A DNA stretch of 64,000 bases from Candidatus Pacebacteria bacterium CG_4_9_14_0_2_um_filter_40_15 (GTDB lineage Bacteria > Patescibacteriota > Microgenomatia > UBA1400 > PJMF01). Position 1 is the stretch's first letter; the number at the start of each line of letters is the position of its first letter. This document shows, piece after piece, positions 36,958-46,774 of the stretch. The stretch lies in assembly GCA_002788675.1 (NCBI GenBank), contig PFRS01000007.1:64270-128269 (forward strand). Reading direction: 5' to 3'. Made by a program: the position numbers and the translations under genes. The notes beneath the pieces are model-generated. The model saw only the letters and a list, made by a program, of their open reading frames with translations, was not told where the DNA came from and did not search any database.

Positions 36958-38274
36958 TTAGTCTCTTTTTATTTGTGCACCCATTGAACGTAACCGTTCA
37001 TCCAGTGCTTCATATCCGCGATCGACATGTTCGATGCCCGATATGGTTGAGGTGCCGTCTGCGATCATAGCTGCCATGATGAGCGTTGCACCATGACGAA
37101 GATCTTTAACGGTGAATGATCCTGCTTTTAACTGCGCAGCTCCATGAATCTTAATTGCATGGCGGTATTCAGGCTGATCATCCTTCAAGTCAAAATTATA
37201 CACCTTTTCAGGGTTCATTACTTCTGGGTTATATCTTTCTATCTTAACGCCCATCGCTTTCAGTTCTTCAACATATTGAAATCTGTTTGCCATGATTGTT
37301 TCATGAATAACACTTTCGCCCTCACACTGCGTTGCGAGTGTTGCCCAAAGAGGTTGCCAGTCAGTCATAAAGCCAGGCTCAATTGAGGTAGTAATATCTG
37401 CAGCTCTGAGTGGTCCTTTATAGAAGAAACGTATACCGTAGTTGCCCACTTCATATCCTGCACCAATTTCATCTAGTTTATCTAAAAATGCAGTTAGATG
37501 TTCATGGCGAGCGTTTTCAATAATAACGTCACCTTTAGTAGCAATGGCCGCACAGGCATAACTTACCGCTTCATTTCTATCTGGTAAGAGCTTGTGTATT
37601 GCCCCGTCAAGTCTTTCAACGCCTCTTATTTCGATTACGCGATTTGCTCTTCTGCGAACCCGGCCTCCCATGCTATTGATGAACGTAATAAGGTCATCAA
37701 TTTCTGGTTCTTCTGCTGCATTTTCAAGAATGGTAGTACCTTCAGCTAAAGCCGCTGCCATAATAAGGGTTTCGGTACCTGTATGTGAATTTTTTGCAAA
37801 TCGATAGGTTGTGCCAACAAGTTTTTTGCAACGAGCAATGTACATGCCGTCTTTATATTCGACCTCTGCGCCAAGTGCTCGGAGTCCATCCCAGTGTCTA
37901 TCGAGTGAGCGTTTGCCAATTTTATCTCCACCTGGCACTGGTACTTCTGCTCTACCAAATTTTGCAAGAAGTGGAGGAATGAACATGGTTGAGAATCGAC
38001 CTTGTTCACCATGAGATTTATCAATGGTATAGCTGGAAAGGGTGCTTGGATCAATAAAAATTGCACGCTCCCCTGCCCGATTCACTTTTCCACCAAGATA
38101 GCTAATAATTTCAGCTACGAGTTCAACGTCAAGAATTCGAGAAAAATTGAGTAATCTTGACTCAGAACTTGCTAATAGCGATGCAATCATCAATTTATAT
38201 GAAGCATTTTTAGCGCCACCAATACGAACCGAGCCGTGGAGTGGAGTTCCACCAGTTACTTTAAAACTTGGCAT
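36958..38274 (-). CDS. murA: UDP-N-acetylglucosamine 1-carboxyvinyltransferase
   Basis: GGAKNASYKLMIASLLA N-terminal motif, EPSP-synthase fold size. Confidence 0.9.
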   Translation of the reverse strand: MPSFKVTGGTPLHGSVRIGGAKNASYKLMIASLLASSESRLLNFSRILDVELVAEIISYLGGKVNRAGERAIFIDPSTLSSYTIDKSHGEQGRFSTMFIPPLLAKFGRAEVPVPGGDKIGKRSLDRHWDGLRALGAEVEYKDGMYIARCKKLVGTTYRFAKNSHTGTETLIMAAALAEGTTILENAAEEPEIDDLITFINSMGGRVRRRANRVIEIRGVERLDGAIHKLLPDRNEAVSYACAAIATKGDVIIENARHEHLTAFLDKLDEIGAGYEVGNYGIRFFYKGPLRAADITTSIEPGFMTDWQPLWATLATQCEGESVIHETIMANRFQYVEELKAMGVKIERYNPEVMNPEKVYNFDLKDDQPEYRHAIKIHGAAQLKAGSFTVKDLRHGATLIMAAMIADGTSTISGIEHVDRGYEALDERLRSMGAQIKRD

Positions 38275-38301
38275 ACTCTCTTTCTATTTTTTTTACAATT
38301 T

Positions 38302-39261
38302 TTATTTAACAAAGAATACTTCTTCATGCAATTCTACATCAAATTTAGACTTAACCGTATCTTTAACTTTTTTAATGAGTTTTTTAACATCATCACTGGT
38401 GCCTGTGCCATCATTTTCAAACCAGGCAGCATGTTTAGTACTTACTTGAATGCCGCCGACTTTTGTACTCTTTAGACCAGCTTGATCAATAATATAACCT
38501 CCGGGCACATGTGGTTTATCTGCAAAGTCTGGAAATGTTTTTTTAAGTTTTTCTGTGTTCTTTACATTTTGAAAGATGCAGCCTGAGCTTGGAATACCAA
38601 GTGGTTGTGTTTTGGCTCTATATTCAGTAGCGTGTTTAATCTTTTCTTGAGATTCTTTTTTTGAGCCAGTTTTAAGTCTAAAGTTAACTTCTAAAATAAT
38701 TTCTCCTGTTTTTTGGAATCGAGAGTGTTCATAGGCAAAAGCGCAGTTTTTTACAGCTATCCAAGCAATTTTTCCGTCTTTTGAGACAACATGTACGGCA
38801 GCAACGTGCTCTCCAATGAGGTCTGAAAGATAATGTGCGTTGTTATAGATAGCGCCGCCAACGGTGCCAGGAACTCCCAAAAAGTACTCTAATCCTGTAA
38901 GTCCCATCTCGACAGTTTTAGCTACAAGAGGGGCCATTTTAACTCCTGCACCTGCACGAACTATGGTAAATGTTGAGTCATGCTCTAGTTGTTCGACCGA
39001 TTCATTTGCGATTCTAATTACTACTCCTTTAACACCCTTGTCATCAACAATAACATTACTAGCACCACCTAAAATGGTAACGGGTATGTCATTTTGATAA
39101 CAAAAGCTTGTTAGAGAAGTAACATCCTTTACTGTTTTTGTAACCACTACAGCATCTGCTGGTCCACCAATTTTCATGTAGGTAAACGGAGCGAGTTCAA
39201 CATTAAACTGCCAATCAAGTTTTGGGAATGCTTTGGTAAGCAGTGTTTGTATTTTTTTCAT
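38302..39261 (-). CDS. murB: UDP-N-acetylenolpyruvoylglucosamine reductase
   Basis: FAD-binding KIGGPADAVVV...ILGGASNVIV motifs. Confidence 0.85.
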   Translation of the reverse strand: MKKIQTLLTKAFPKLDWQFNVELAPFTYMKIGGPADAVVVTKTVKDVTSLTSFCYQNDIPVTILGGASNVIVDDKGVKGVVIRIANESVEQLEHDSTFTIVRAGAGVKMAPLVAKTVEMGLTGLEYFLGVPGTVGGAIYNNAHYLSDLIGEHVAAVHVVSKDGKIAWIAVKNCAFAYEHSRFQKTGEIILEVNFRLKTGSKKESQEKIKHATEYRAKTQPLGIPSSGCIFQNVKNTEKLKKTFPDFADKPHVPGGYIIDQAGLKSTKVGGIQVSTKHAAWFENDGTGTSDDVKKLIKKVKDTVKSKFDVELHEEVFFVK

Positions 39262-40694
39262 AACAATTCATGAACCTTATAGATATCACCTGCCCCTAGC
39301 GTAATGCACACACTACCCTTTGGGATCTGATCGGAAATGTACTCAGCCAAGGCTGAGTAATTTGGAAGAACGGGAATATTTTCTGTATATCCTTGGTTAG
39401 AAATTTCTTCAGCAAGAATGCTACTAGAAACAGTTTCATCGAGTGATTCGCGTGCTGATGCAAATATATCTAGCAGAATTAAATGGGTTGTACTAGAAAG
39501 TACTGTGGCAAAATCATCTAGTAATGATTTCGTTCGTGAATAGGTGTGTGGTTGAAAGGCAATATAGAGTTGTTTATTTTTGTACCAAGATTTCGCAGCT
39601 CTGATTACTGCTGAAAGTTCCGAAGGATGATGCGCGTAGTCATCGTAAAAAAGAATTTCATTTTTTTCACCTTTAAATTCAAAGCGACGCTGCGTTGACG
39701 CAAATGTTTCTAATGCTTTTAGAGCATCTTGAATATCTATGCCAACTGAGTCACATGCCGCAATTGCTGCGACTGCATTTTCAACGTTATATCTTCCAGG
39801 AACTTTAAGTGTTAGCTGGTATCTTTTTTGATCAATAATAAGTGTTGCTTTAGTGATTCCTTCATTTGATTCGGATTCTTCATACACATAGAGATAGTCA
39901 CAATCTCCAGCGCTGCCGAAGGTTTTGACTTCAGTGTCGGTTGGCAACTCTAATTCGGGCAGATCTTTATGATTTAAAATAAGTATTCCACCTGCCTTAA
40001 TTTGGGAGAAAAAAGCCATAAATGCTTTTTTTGTTACAGAAAAATCAGAATAGACATCAGGATGATCGTAAGCAAGGTTTGTACAAACAGTACAGTATGG
40101 TTGTAGATATGAAAACCGAGGTTCTGGTTGAGCTCCATTTTGGACTTCTTGTGGATTGGTTACGTATTCATCTGCTTCTGCAACAAAAAAGTCGCTTTGA
40201 GTATTCCAAACCCCAGTGCGTGGTAAACCAACTATTGAACCGACTCCAACGGAATAACTGGGTTTTAGAGATAGTTCAGAGAGGATCCAAGTTAGCATAG
40301 CTGAAGTAGTAGATTTACCGCCCACCCCGCAAACAGCAATGCCTTTTTTTGCATTAAAGACATGACCCAGTGCTTCTGCTTGAGAATATGTTGGTAGACC
40401 TTTTTTTGTAGCTTCTTTCACAATTGGATTTTGTGCACCCTGGTGTGCTGCAGTGTAGATAACACAGTCAACTGTCTCAGGAATGTTGTGAGTGAAACCC
40501 TCATCGCAAGTAATTGACAGGTCGTTTAGAATAGCTTGGGTAACAAATGCTTCTGAAACATCACATCCCAGAACCGTTTTATCTAGATCTATTAAAATTT
40601 GTGCAAGTGAGGTCATTGCCACACCTTTAATTCCAACTAGGTAAAATGTTTTGTAGACTGAAAATGGCGGCAGAGATTGTTGTGTTTCTTCCAC
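39258..40694 (-). CDS. murC: UDP-N-acetylmuramate--L-alanine ligase
   Basis: GIKGVAMTSLA N-terminal motif, P-loop GVGGKSTTSAM, and DDYAHHP characteristic of MurC. Confidence 0.85.
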   Translation of the reverse strand: MEETQQSLPPFSVYKTFYLVGIKGVAMTSLAQILIDLDKTVLGCDVSEAFVTQAILNDLSITCDEGFTHNIPETVDCVIYTAAHQGAQNPIVKEATKKGLPTYSQAEALGHVFNAKKGIAVCGVGGKSTTSAMLTWILSELSLKPSYSVGVGSIVGLPRTGVWNTQSDFFVAEADEYVTNPQEVQNGAQPEPRFSYLQPYCTVCTNLAYDHPDVYSDFSVTKKAFMAFFSQIKAGGILILNHKDLPELELPTDTEVKTFGSAGDCDYLYVYEESESNEGITKATLIIDQKRYQLTLKVPGRYNVENAVAAIAACDSVGIDIQDALKALETFASTQRRFEFKGEKNEILFYDDYAHHPSELSAVIRAAKSWYKNKQLYIAFQPHTYSRTKSLLDDFATVLSSTTHLILLDIFASARESLDETVSSSILAEEISNQGYTENIPVLPNYSALAEYISDQIPKGSVCITLGAGDIYKVHELL

Positions 40695-41680
40695 TATGCT
40701 TTTTCTTTCATAATACTTTCCAAAACTTGGGATAGTTTTTTATAATCATGTCGGAGTAATGAGCGATAGGCAGTATCATACTTTTGTTTGTGATGGAGTT
40801 CTGTATTAATTAACGGAATACGAATAACATTTTCTGAGTTTGGTAAGTCATCCTTTACGGGATATTCTTTGACAGAAGCATATAATGCAACAGCTTCTTC
40901 TGGAATACTGTCGTTATTGAAAAGAATGTAAGACATCTTTGATTGTACAGTTTCCTCTATCTTTTTAAGATGGTCATTTGCACTCATATCATGCGTTTGT
41001 GTAAAACGTGTCATTAAGTTTTCTATGTACACTTTTTTTGCTTTAGACTGAGCAAAAAGTGTTGGAATTTCGGGAAAGACTAATGTAGCCATGATACTAG
41101 CAAAGAAGTCGCCTGGCCCAATTATGATGATATCTGCTTCTTTGATAGCATCAGCAGCTTTTGGGTTGATGTTACACTTTGGTATTAAGGAAACATGATC
41201 AATAGAGTGCGGTTCATCAATTTTTTCATCTAGAATGTGTTCACCCACTGCTGTTTCACCATTGGTGTAGTGAATTTTTAAATCAACAGTATCTTCTGTA
41301 ACAGGAATAACAGTGCCCGTTAAGTTGAATACTTTTTCAGCTATTTCAAGTGATTTTGTAGTGCTGCCGGTCATGTCTTGCAATGCAGTAAGAATTAAAT
41401 TACCTAAATTATGACCTTTTAAACCAGTGCCTTTTTCAAATCGATACAGTAAGATTTTTTGAATCCAATCTTGACCATCTACATCAGCTAGAGCTGCGAG
41501 TGACTGTCGTAAATCTCCAACAGGCTGAAAGCCGAACTCATCTCTAATTCTGCCTGTAGATCCACCTGAGTCAGATACAGCAATGATTGTTGTTATATCC
41601 CAATCAAGTTTTTTAAGCGAAGAAACAACCGCAAAAGTGCCAGTTCCACCACCCATAACAACAGCCTTGATTTTTTTCAT
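40694..41680 (-). CDS. YvcK/CofD-like (UPF0052, gluconeogenesis factor family) protein
   Basis: VMGGGTGTFAVVSSL...VSDSGGSTGRIRDEFG is the family signature. Confidence 0.75.
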   Translation of the reverse strand: MKKIKAVVMGGGTGTFAVVSSLKKLDWDITTIIAVSDSGGSTGRIRDEFGFQPVGDLRQSLAALADVDGQDWIQKILLYRFEKGTGLKGHNLGNLILTALQDMTGSTTKSLEIAEKVFNLTGTVIPVTEDTVDLKIHYTNGETAVGEHILDEKIDEPHSIDHVSLIPKCNINPKAADAIKEADIIIIGPGDFFASIMATLVFPEIPTLFAQSKAKKVYIENLMTRFTQTHDMSANDHLKKIEETVQSKMSYILFNNDSIPEEAVALYASVKEYPVKDDLPNSENVIRIPLINTELHHKQKYDTAYRSLLRHDYKKLSQVLESIMKEKA

Positions 41681-41681
41681 T

Positions 41682-42905
41682 TTACTTAGCTCTTTCTAAA
41701 ATTGCTTCTGTATCATTCCAAGGTTGCTCGGTAGTGCCAAAACACATACTTTTTTCATGCCCCTTACCAAATACACCAACTACATCGCCGGGTTTAGCTA
41801 GTTCTTGTAGTGCAAACCGTATTGCTTCACCTCGGTCTGCAATGGAGAGAACTGTATCATGTCCTTCAGTCAAACCTTCTTTCATTTGTCTGAGTATACT
41901 CCAGACGTCCTCAGTCCTTGGATCTTCAGCTGTTAAGATAACAATATCAGCCAGTCTAACGCCAATTTCACCCATTTTGGGTCGTTTACTGCGATCTCGC
42001 AGGCCGGCTGAACCGTACACAGCAATAAGGCGACCAGATTTTTTATTCTTTTTCATGTAGTCACGCAGTGCTGTTAATGCACTTTCTAGACCTTGAGGCG
42101 TATGTGCAAAATCAACCACAATATCAAAACGTTTATTTGTTTTGATGAACTGCATTCTTCCAGGTATTCCCGGAAATTTTTGAATGCCAGAAATATAGTT
42201 TTCATCTGAAACTCCAGCTTGTTGGGCAATCATGTACACAAGACGAGCATTTTGTTGATTATATTTTTCAGGAAAACGGCCTTTGATAGTTTTTGCCACC
42301 TTGTTTGGAAGCTTCATTTCTTCACTATACTGTTTAATATCTGTATCAATTGAGAGATATTTTTTAACCCGATGAAAGGAAACATCGTCAGCATTAAGTA
42401 CAACTGTGTCTGCCAATCGTAGTAACTCTGCCTTCGCGGCGAGATACTCGTCATAATTTACGTGGTAATCAAGATGTTCAGCTGAAATATTGGTAAGACC
42501 AACAACCGTTGGTGTTACACCCCAAATACGATATTGATAGATGCCATGTGAAGTTACTTCTAGAATTAAATGGGTGAAACCCTTATCTACCATTTCGCGC
42601 ATAAATTTTTGTAGATCTTGTGGTTGAGGAGAGGTGACATGAAAACCAGTGTCGATTTCTTTATTACCCATGTATGCAGCAACAGTAGTTAAGAGCGCAA
42701 CTTTATGACCTTGTGCTTTGAGCACGTGATACAAAATAGTCGAAGAAGTTGTTTTCCCGTCAGTGCCTGTAATAGTATAGATAGTTAAGTTCTTAGCGGG
42801 GAAACGATATTTAATTTGGGCGGGCAGTCCCTTGAGTATTCCTGTTTTTATAAAGTGAAAAGGTCTTTTTACTTTATAGAGAGCAAGCTGTATAAGTGAT
42901 GACAT
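41682..42905 (-). CDS. Mur ligase family protein, MurE-like, with a very short N-terminal domain
   Basis: P-loop TGTDGKTTSST at about residue 45, DFAHTP motif (MurE-type DYAHTP). 407 aa. Confidence 0.6.
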   Translation of the reverse strand: MSSLIQLALYKVKRPFHFIKTGILKGLPAQIKYRFPAKNLTIYTITGTDGKTTSSTILYHVLKAQGHKVALLTTVAAYMGNKEIDTGFHVTSPQPQDLQKFMREMVDKGFTHLILEVTSHGIYQYRIWGVTPTVVGLTNISAEHLDYHVNYDEYLAAKAELLRLADTVVLNADDVSFHRVKKYLSIDTDIKQYSEEMKLPNKVAKTIKGRFPEKYNQQNARLVYMIAQQAGVSDENYISGIQKFPGIPGRMQFIKTNKRFDIVVDFAHTPQGLESALTALRDYMKKNKKSGRLIAVYGSAGLRDRSKRPKMGEIGVRLADIVILTAEDPRTEDVWSILRQMKEGLTEGHDTVLSIADRGEAIRFALQELAKPGDVVGVFGKGHEKSMCFGTTEQPWNDTEAILERAK

Positions 42906-42958
42906 CGTTATTTCATTATATATTTTTTACTACAAATAGACAGACCTGATTGTGTTTG

Positions 42959-44761
42959 TTATGGTTCGTTTGAGTTTGTCTCAACTTGACGAGTTTCGTA
43001 CCTTGCAGGAGGTACATCCAACATGAGTAACAAGTCGTCTGCAATAGTGTACCAGAGAGGAGCTGCTGTTTCAGCTGCCCAAGGAGAACTTGTTGGCTCA
43101 ACTAACTTTACCAACATGATAAAGGCTGGATCATGTGCAGGAGCGAAGCCAATAAAACTTGCAATGGTTTTGTCTTCCTCATATCCCCCATTGGGTGATG
43201 GAATTTGTGATGTGCCGGTTTTTGCAGCAACTGTGTAGGCATCTCGAGCAGCCCACTGAGCTTCTCCGCTATGGGCAGAGGTAATCATCATATCAACAAC
43301 TTTTTTTGCTGATTGCGCTGAAATAACTCGTTTTTCTTCTTGTGGCTCCATAATTGTTTCTTTTCCCGACTCATCTCCAACTTTTTCAATAATTGTAGGT
43401 CGCATAATGATGCCGCCATTTGCAATAGCTCCAATCGCACGCATTAGTTGCATACTGGTTGTACTAATGCCTTGTCCAAATGAGATGGTTGCAAGCTCAA
43501 CAGGTCCAAATCTTGCTGGAAATGGTGTTGATGTGTCCTCTTGTAAATCTATGTGGAGTTCTTCACCAATCATGAAGTTTTTAAGATACGATTCGAATGT
43601 GTTTGCACCCACTAAGTCTGAAATATAGATCATTGCTGTATTATCTGATTTAGCAAGCGCTTCTGTCATAGTAATATTGGGGTTGTAGACATCATTCCAG
43701 GTACGAATGGTGTATTTGCCAAACACCCTTGGTCCACCACAGACGGGGCACGTTGTTTCTGGAGTAATTTTGTTTGCATCTATCCCAGCAGCTTCAGTTA
43801 GTACTTTAAGTGTTGATCCAGGTTCATACGTTGCAACAATACTAGGATTTTTATACAATTCGGTGGGATATTCTGAAAAATGAGCAGGGTCATATGAAGG
43901 CAAGGTTGCCATAGCTAATATTTTGCCAGTGTGTGGTTCCATGATAATAATTTCACCAGACTTTGCTCCATATTTGTTCATTGCTCTTTCTAAGTTTGAG
44001 TAGGCAAGAAATTGGATATCTCTTCGGAGCGTTGTCGTGACTGATCGTCCATTTATAAGATTCTCAGTTTTGGGTTCAGAACCAAGCAGCTTTTTTCCTA
44101 AAGCATCTGTGATTGAAGTGGAAAGTGATTTGCGTGCAGAGAGTTCTTTATTGAGTGCTCCTTCAATTCCAAAGTAGCCTGTGTCGGATCCATTTTCATC
44201 TTTGCCTACAAAACCCGTTATGGTAGCTGCCATAGAAGCTTCTGGATACCATCTCTGCTCGTATTGATCAAAGCCAATGGCAAATAACTGTAGTTCTTCA
44301 ATTTTTTCTTTTGTTTCTCTACTCAGAGGTTGAAACAGTGATACCCAGTTTTTGTCTTTCTGAGAAAGCTTTTGAGTAAGTTGAGTAGTAAGTGACTCTG
44401 TTTGTTCTTTTTGTTCAGCCGCTGATGAAGCATTTGGTAGTTCTGCTTCAAGAATTGGTGTGAGTAGTGCTGATATTTCGACAGGAGATGCTTTAAGAAT
44501 CTTTGGTTGTGCAAATAATCGATACACAGTTTCGTTTGCTACAAGTGGATAGTTATCTGAAGTATAAATAAGTCCACGGCTACCGGTAATTGATGTAGAT
44601 CGAGAATATTGATTATCAGCGGCAGCTTGAAGTCTAGATGCTTGAAGAACTTGCCAATAAAATAATCGAAAAATAACCGCAAGAAAGCCCAAACTAAGAA
44701 CAATGAAAACAAATCGAGATCGTTGGAGTAATGTTATTTCAAACGGTTCTGTTTTTACCAT
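42959..44761 (-). CDS. ftsI: Penicillin-binding protein 2B/FtsI-type transpeptidase
   Basis: N-terminal TM plus PBP dimerisation domain. Active-site STLK and KTGT motifs. Confidence 0.85.
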   Translation of the reverse strand: MVKTEPFEITLLQRSRFVFIVLSLGFLAVIFRLFYWQVLQASRLQAAADNQYSRSTSITGSRGLIYTSDNYPLVANETVYRLFAQPKILKASPVEISALLTPILEAELPNASSAAEQKEQTESLTTQLTQKLSQKDKNWVSLFQPLSRETKEKIEELQLFAIGFDQYEQRWYPEASMAATITGFVGKDENGSDTGYFGIEGALNKELSARKSLSTSITDALGKKLLGSEPKTENLINGRSVTTTLRRDIQFLAYSNLERAMNKYGAKSGEIIIMEPHTGKILAMATLPSYDPAHFSEYPTELYKNPSIVATYEPGSTLKVLTEAAGIDANKITPETTCPVCGGPRVFGKYTIRTWNDVYNPNITMTEALAKSDNTAMIYISDLVGANTFESYLKNFMIGEELHIDLQEDTSTPFPARFGPVELATISFGQGISTTSMQLMRAIGAIANGGIIMRPTIIEKVGDESGKETIMEPQEEKRVISAQSAKKVVDMMITSAHSGEAQWAARDAYTVAAKTGTSQIPSPNGGYEEDKTIASFIGFAPAHDPAFIMLVKLVEPTSSPWAAETAAPLWYTIADDLLLMLDVPPARYETRQVETNSNEP

Positions 44762-44858
44762 GATTGTTTAAGTTCTGAAAGCCTACTAGCTGTGTTGTAT
44801 CACACCTGTACACTCAAAGAAATCGGCATGAGTGTCTGTAACCAATAGGGCAACGTAC

Positions 44859-45149
44859 TTACATTCCTGAGTAAGCAACCGTGGTGTTAGTTGTAACAAC
44901 CAGTGGAGAAGAAATTGCTACATACTCATTAAGATTAGTAGCAGCAGTTACTGAAACAAGTGATGACTCTTTAGCAATTGCACTTATGAGTTGATTTTTT
45001 TCTTGGGTAAGCTCTTGAATTTGAGACTCAACCTGGGCAACTTTCTTGCCATGACTGACTATAAGACTTCCTTGAACAACAGTACTAACAACCTGAAATG
45101 CTAACACGATCATAAGGACTGCGTAGTAAGTGGTTATTTTTTTGTTCAT
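44859..45149 (-). CDS. FtsL-like septum formation initiator (small bitopic coiled-coil protein)
   Basis: 96 aa, one TM followed by a coiled-coil segment, in the canonical position between rsmH and ftsI. Confidence 0.5.
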   Translation of the reverse strand: MNKKITTYYAVLMIVLAFQVVSTVVQGSLIVSHGKKVAQVESQIQELTQEKNQLISAIAKESSLVSVTAATNLNEYVAISSPLVVTTNTTVAYSGM

Positions 45150-46039
45150 TAGATCTTTCTTAGTGCGCGTAGTTTTGCACTTCGGGCACGTTTATTTTCA
45201 AATGTTTCTTTTTCAGTTGGTTGTAGTGGTTTCTTAGTTATGAGTTCAGCAAGCTTGTTCTGTTCCCAATTTTTGAATTGTTGTTTGACGATGCGATCCT
45301 CACCTTCATGGAAGGAAATAGTTACGAGTCTGCCACCTTCTGATAAAACACTGAATGCGCTTGGAAGAGCATCTCTGATTTCATCAAGCTCGCTGTTAAC
45401 GACAATTCTAAGCGCTTGAAAAACTTTCGTGGCAGGGTTAATGCCAGATTTTCTTCTGCGCTTAACCGAGGCTATAAGTGAGCTAAGTTGTTTTGTTGTC
45501 GTGATTGGTGTGGGAGACATTTTAATTGCTTTGGCAATTATTTTTGATTCTTCTTCTCCGCCAAAATCGTTGAAAAGTTCAGCCAGTTGTGCTTCTGGAA
45601 TTAATGCCAGAATATCTTTTGCTGTTACCCCTAGTCTGGTATCCATTCTCATGTCGAGTTCACCCTCACCTTCGAAGCTGAAGCCTCGAACAGTCGATGT
45701 GAGTTGCTGAGTACTGGTGCCAAAATCAAAAAGGACTCCATCGATGAGAAATTCTTTTGAATGTTTTGAGCGAAGCTGTGAAAGTGAGTGTTCTATTTTG
45801 GTAAAACTCTCATGCACAAGGAGTAAGTTGCCAGCAGCAATTTCTTTAGCAAATGTTGCAGTTCCATACTCGATTGCTTCCAGGTCCCAGTCAAAGGCAA
45901 TGACGTTTCCACCAGCCTTCAGAATTTGGGCTGTGTGGCCACCTCGGCCAAAAGTTGCATCGATGTACCACTTGCCGTTTGAGACCTCTAAAAGGGCTAC
46001 GGCTTCGTTAAGAAGTACTGAAATATGTATATTAGTCAT
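45149..46039 (-). CDS. rsmH: 16S rRNA (cytosine1402-N4)-methyltransferase
   Basis: HISVLLNEAV start and SAM-binding FDWDLEAI/DGVLFDFG motifs. Confidence 0.9.
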   Translation of the reverse strand: MTNIHISVLLNEAVALLEVSNGKWYIDATFGRGGHTAQILKAGGNVIAFDWDLEAIEYGTATFAKEIAAGNLLLVHESFTKIEHSLSQLRSKHSKEFLIDGVLFDFGTSTQQLTSTVRGFSFEGEGELDMRMDTRLGVTAKDILALIPEAQLAELFNDFGGEEESKIIAKAIKMSPTPITTTKQLSSLIASVKRRRKSGINPATKVFQALRIVVNSELDEIRDALPSAFSVLSEGGRLVTISFHEGEDRIVKQQFKNWEQNKLAELITKKPLQPTEKETFENKRARSAKLRALRKI

Positions 46040-46451
46040 CTAAGCTTTCTGCGATATCTTCAGCGTTTGATTCGAGTGTCTCAAGATAGGTGTGATAGGT
46101 ATCACGATCCCAAATTTCGATGTATGAATAGCTCCCCACAATCACAACGTCTTTGGTGATGTGGGCGAATGTGTTCAAGTACTCGGGCAGTTGTACTCGA
46201 CCATTACCATCAGGACTAACGTGTACGGCATCATTGGTCATTAAACGAATAAAGTCTCGGTTAGTTTTTTTTGTAAAAGAGCGGGCTTCTAACTTTTGAA
46301 GTTCCTGAGTGAATTTTTCTGCTTCATACAGAAACAATCCTCCATCAAGTCCTCTAGTTAAGATCCAGCTGTCTGTTGCAGATCTAAAAGCCTTTGGAAG
46401 TGAGACTCTGCCCTTATCTTCAACAGTATGATAATATTTACCTATATACAT
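46032..46451 (-). CDS. mraZ: Transcriptional regulator MraZ
   Basis: MYIGKYYHTVEDKGRVSLPKAFR with the duplicated DxxGR-type MraZ fold. The start was chosen at an internal Met, whereas the ORF track begins at 46484. Confidence 0.8.
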   Translation of the reverse strand: MYIGKYYHTVEDKGRVSLPKAFRSATDSWILTRGLDGGLFLYEAEKFTQELQKLEARSFTKKTNRDFIRLMTNDAVHVSPDGNGRVQLPEYLNTFAHITKDVVIVGSYSYIEIWDRDTYHTYLETLESNAEDIAESLDD

Positions 46452-46774
46452 ATTGTTATCAGACAGAATACCACTTTTTACCACTATCGAGAATAAGTAT
46501 GCATCACCCCAAGTGTTTTGTAAACACTAAGATGACCCGAAAATGTAGGCCGAATAAGTATTTAACAACTTTGATTTTCAAACGGGATGTTTTTAGATTG
46601 TAAAAAAGATACTAGTACTATTTGAAAAAGATATTGGATTAAAGTAAAATGTGGATAACTAACAACATTAAAACACATCCAGATATAAGAGAGTACAACT
46701 GAGATGAATTTTGTTAGCTATGGGTTGTGAAATGACGAATTAATTGCGGGGTGAGTGGTTGGATATAAAAGTAG

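Noticed and set aside
42916-43101. 61-aa ORF overlapping the ftsI 3' end
   Set aside because: Overlaps a well-supported gene in another frame. No independent evidence.
46485-46774. Repeated TGGAT motifs upstream of mraZ as MraZ operator repeats
   Set aside because: Only two closely spaced copies (17 nt apart) and one distant copy. Too short and irregular to call a direct-repeat operator without comparative data.
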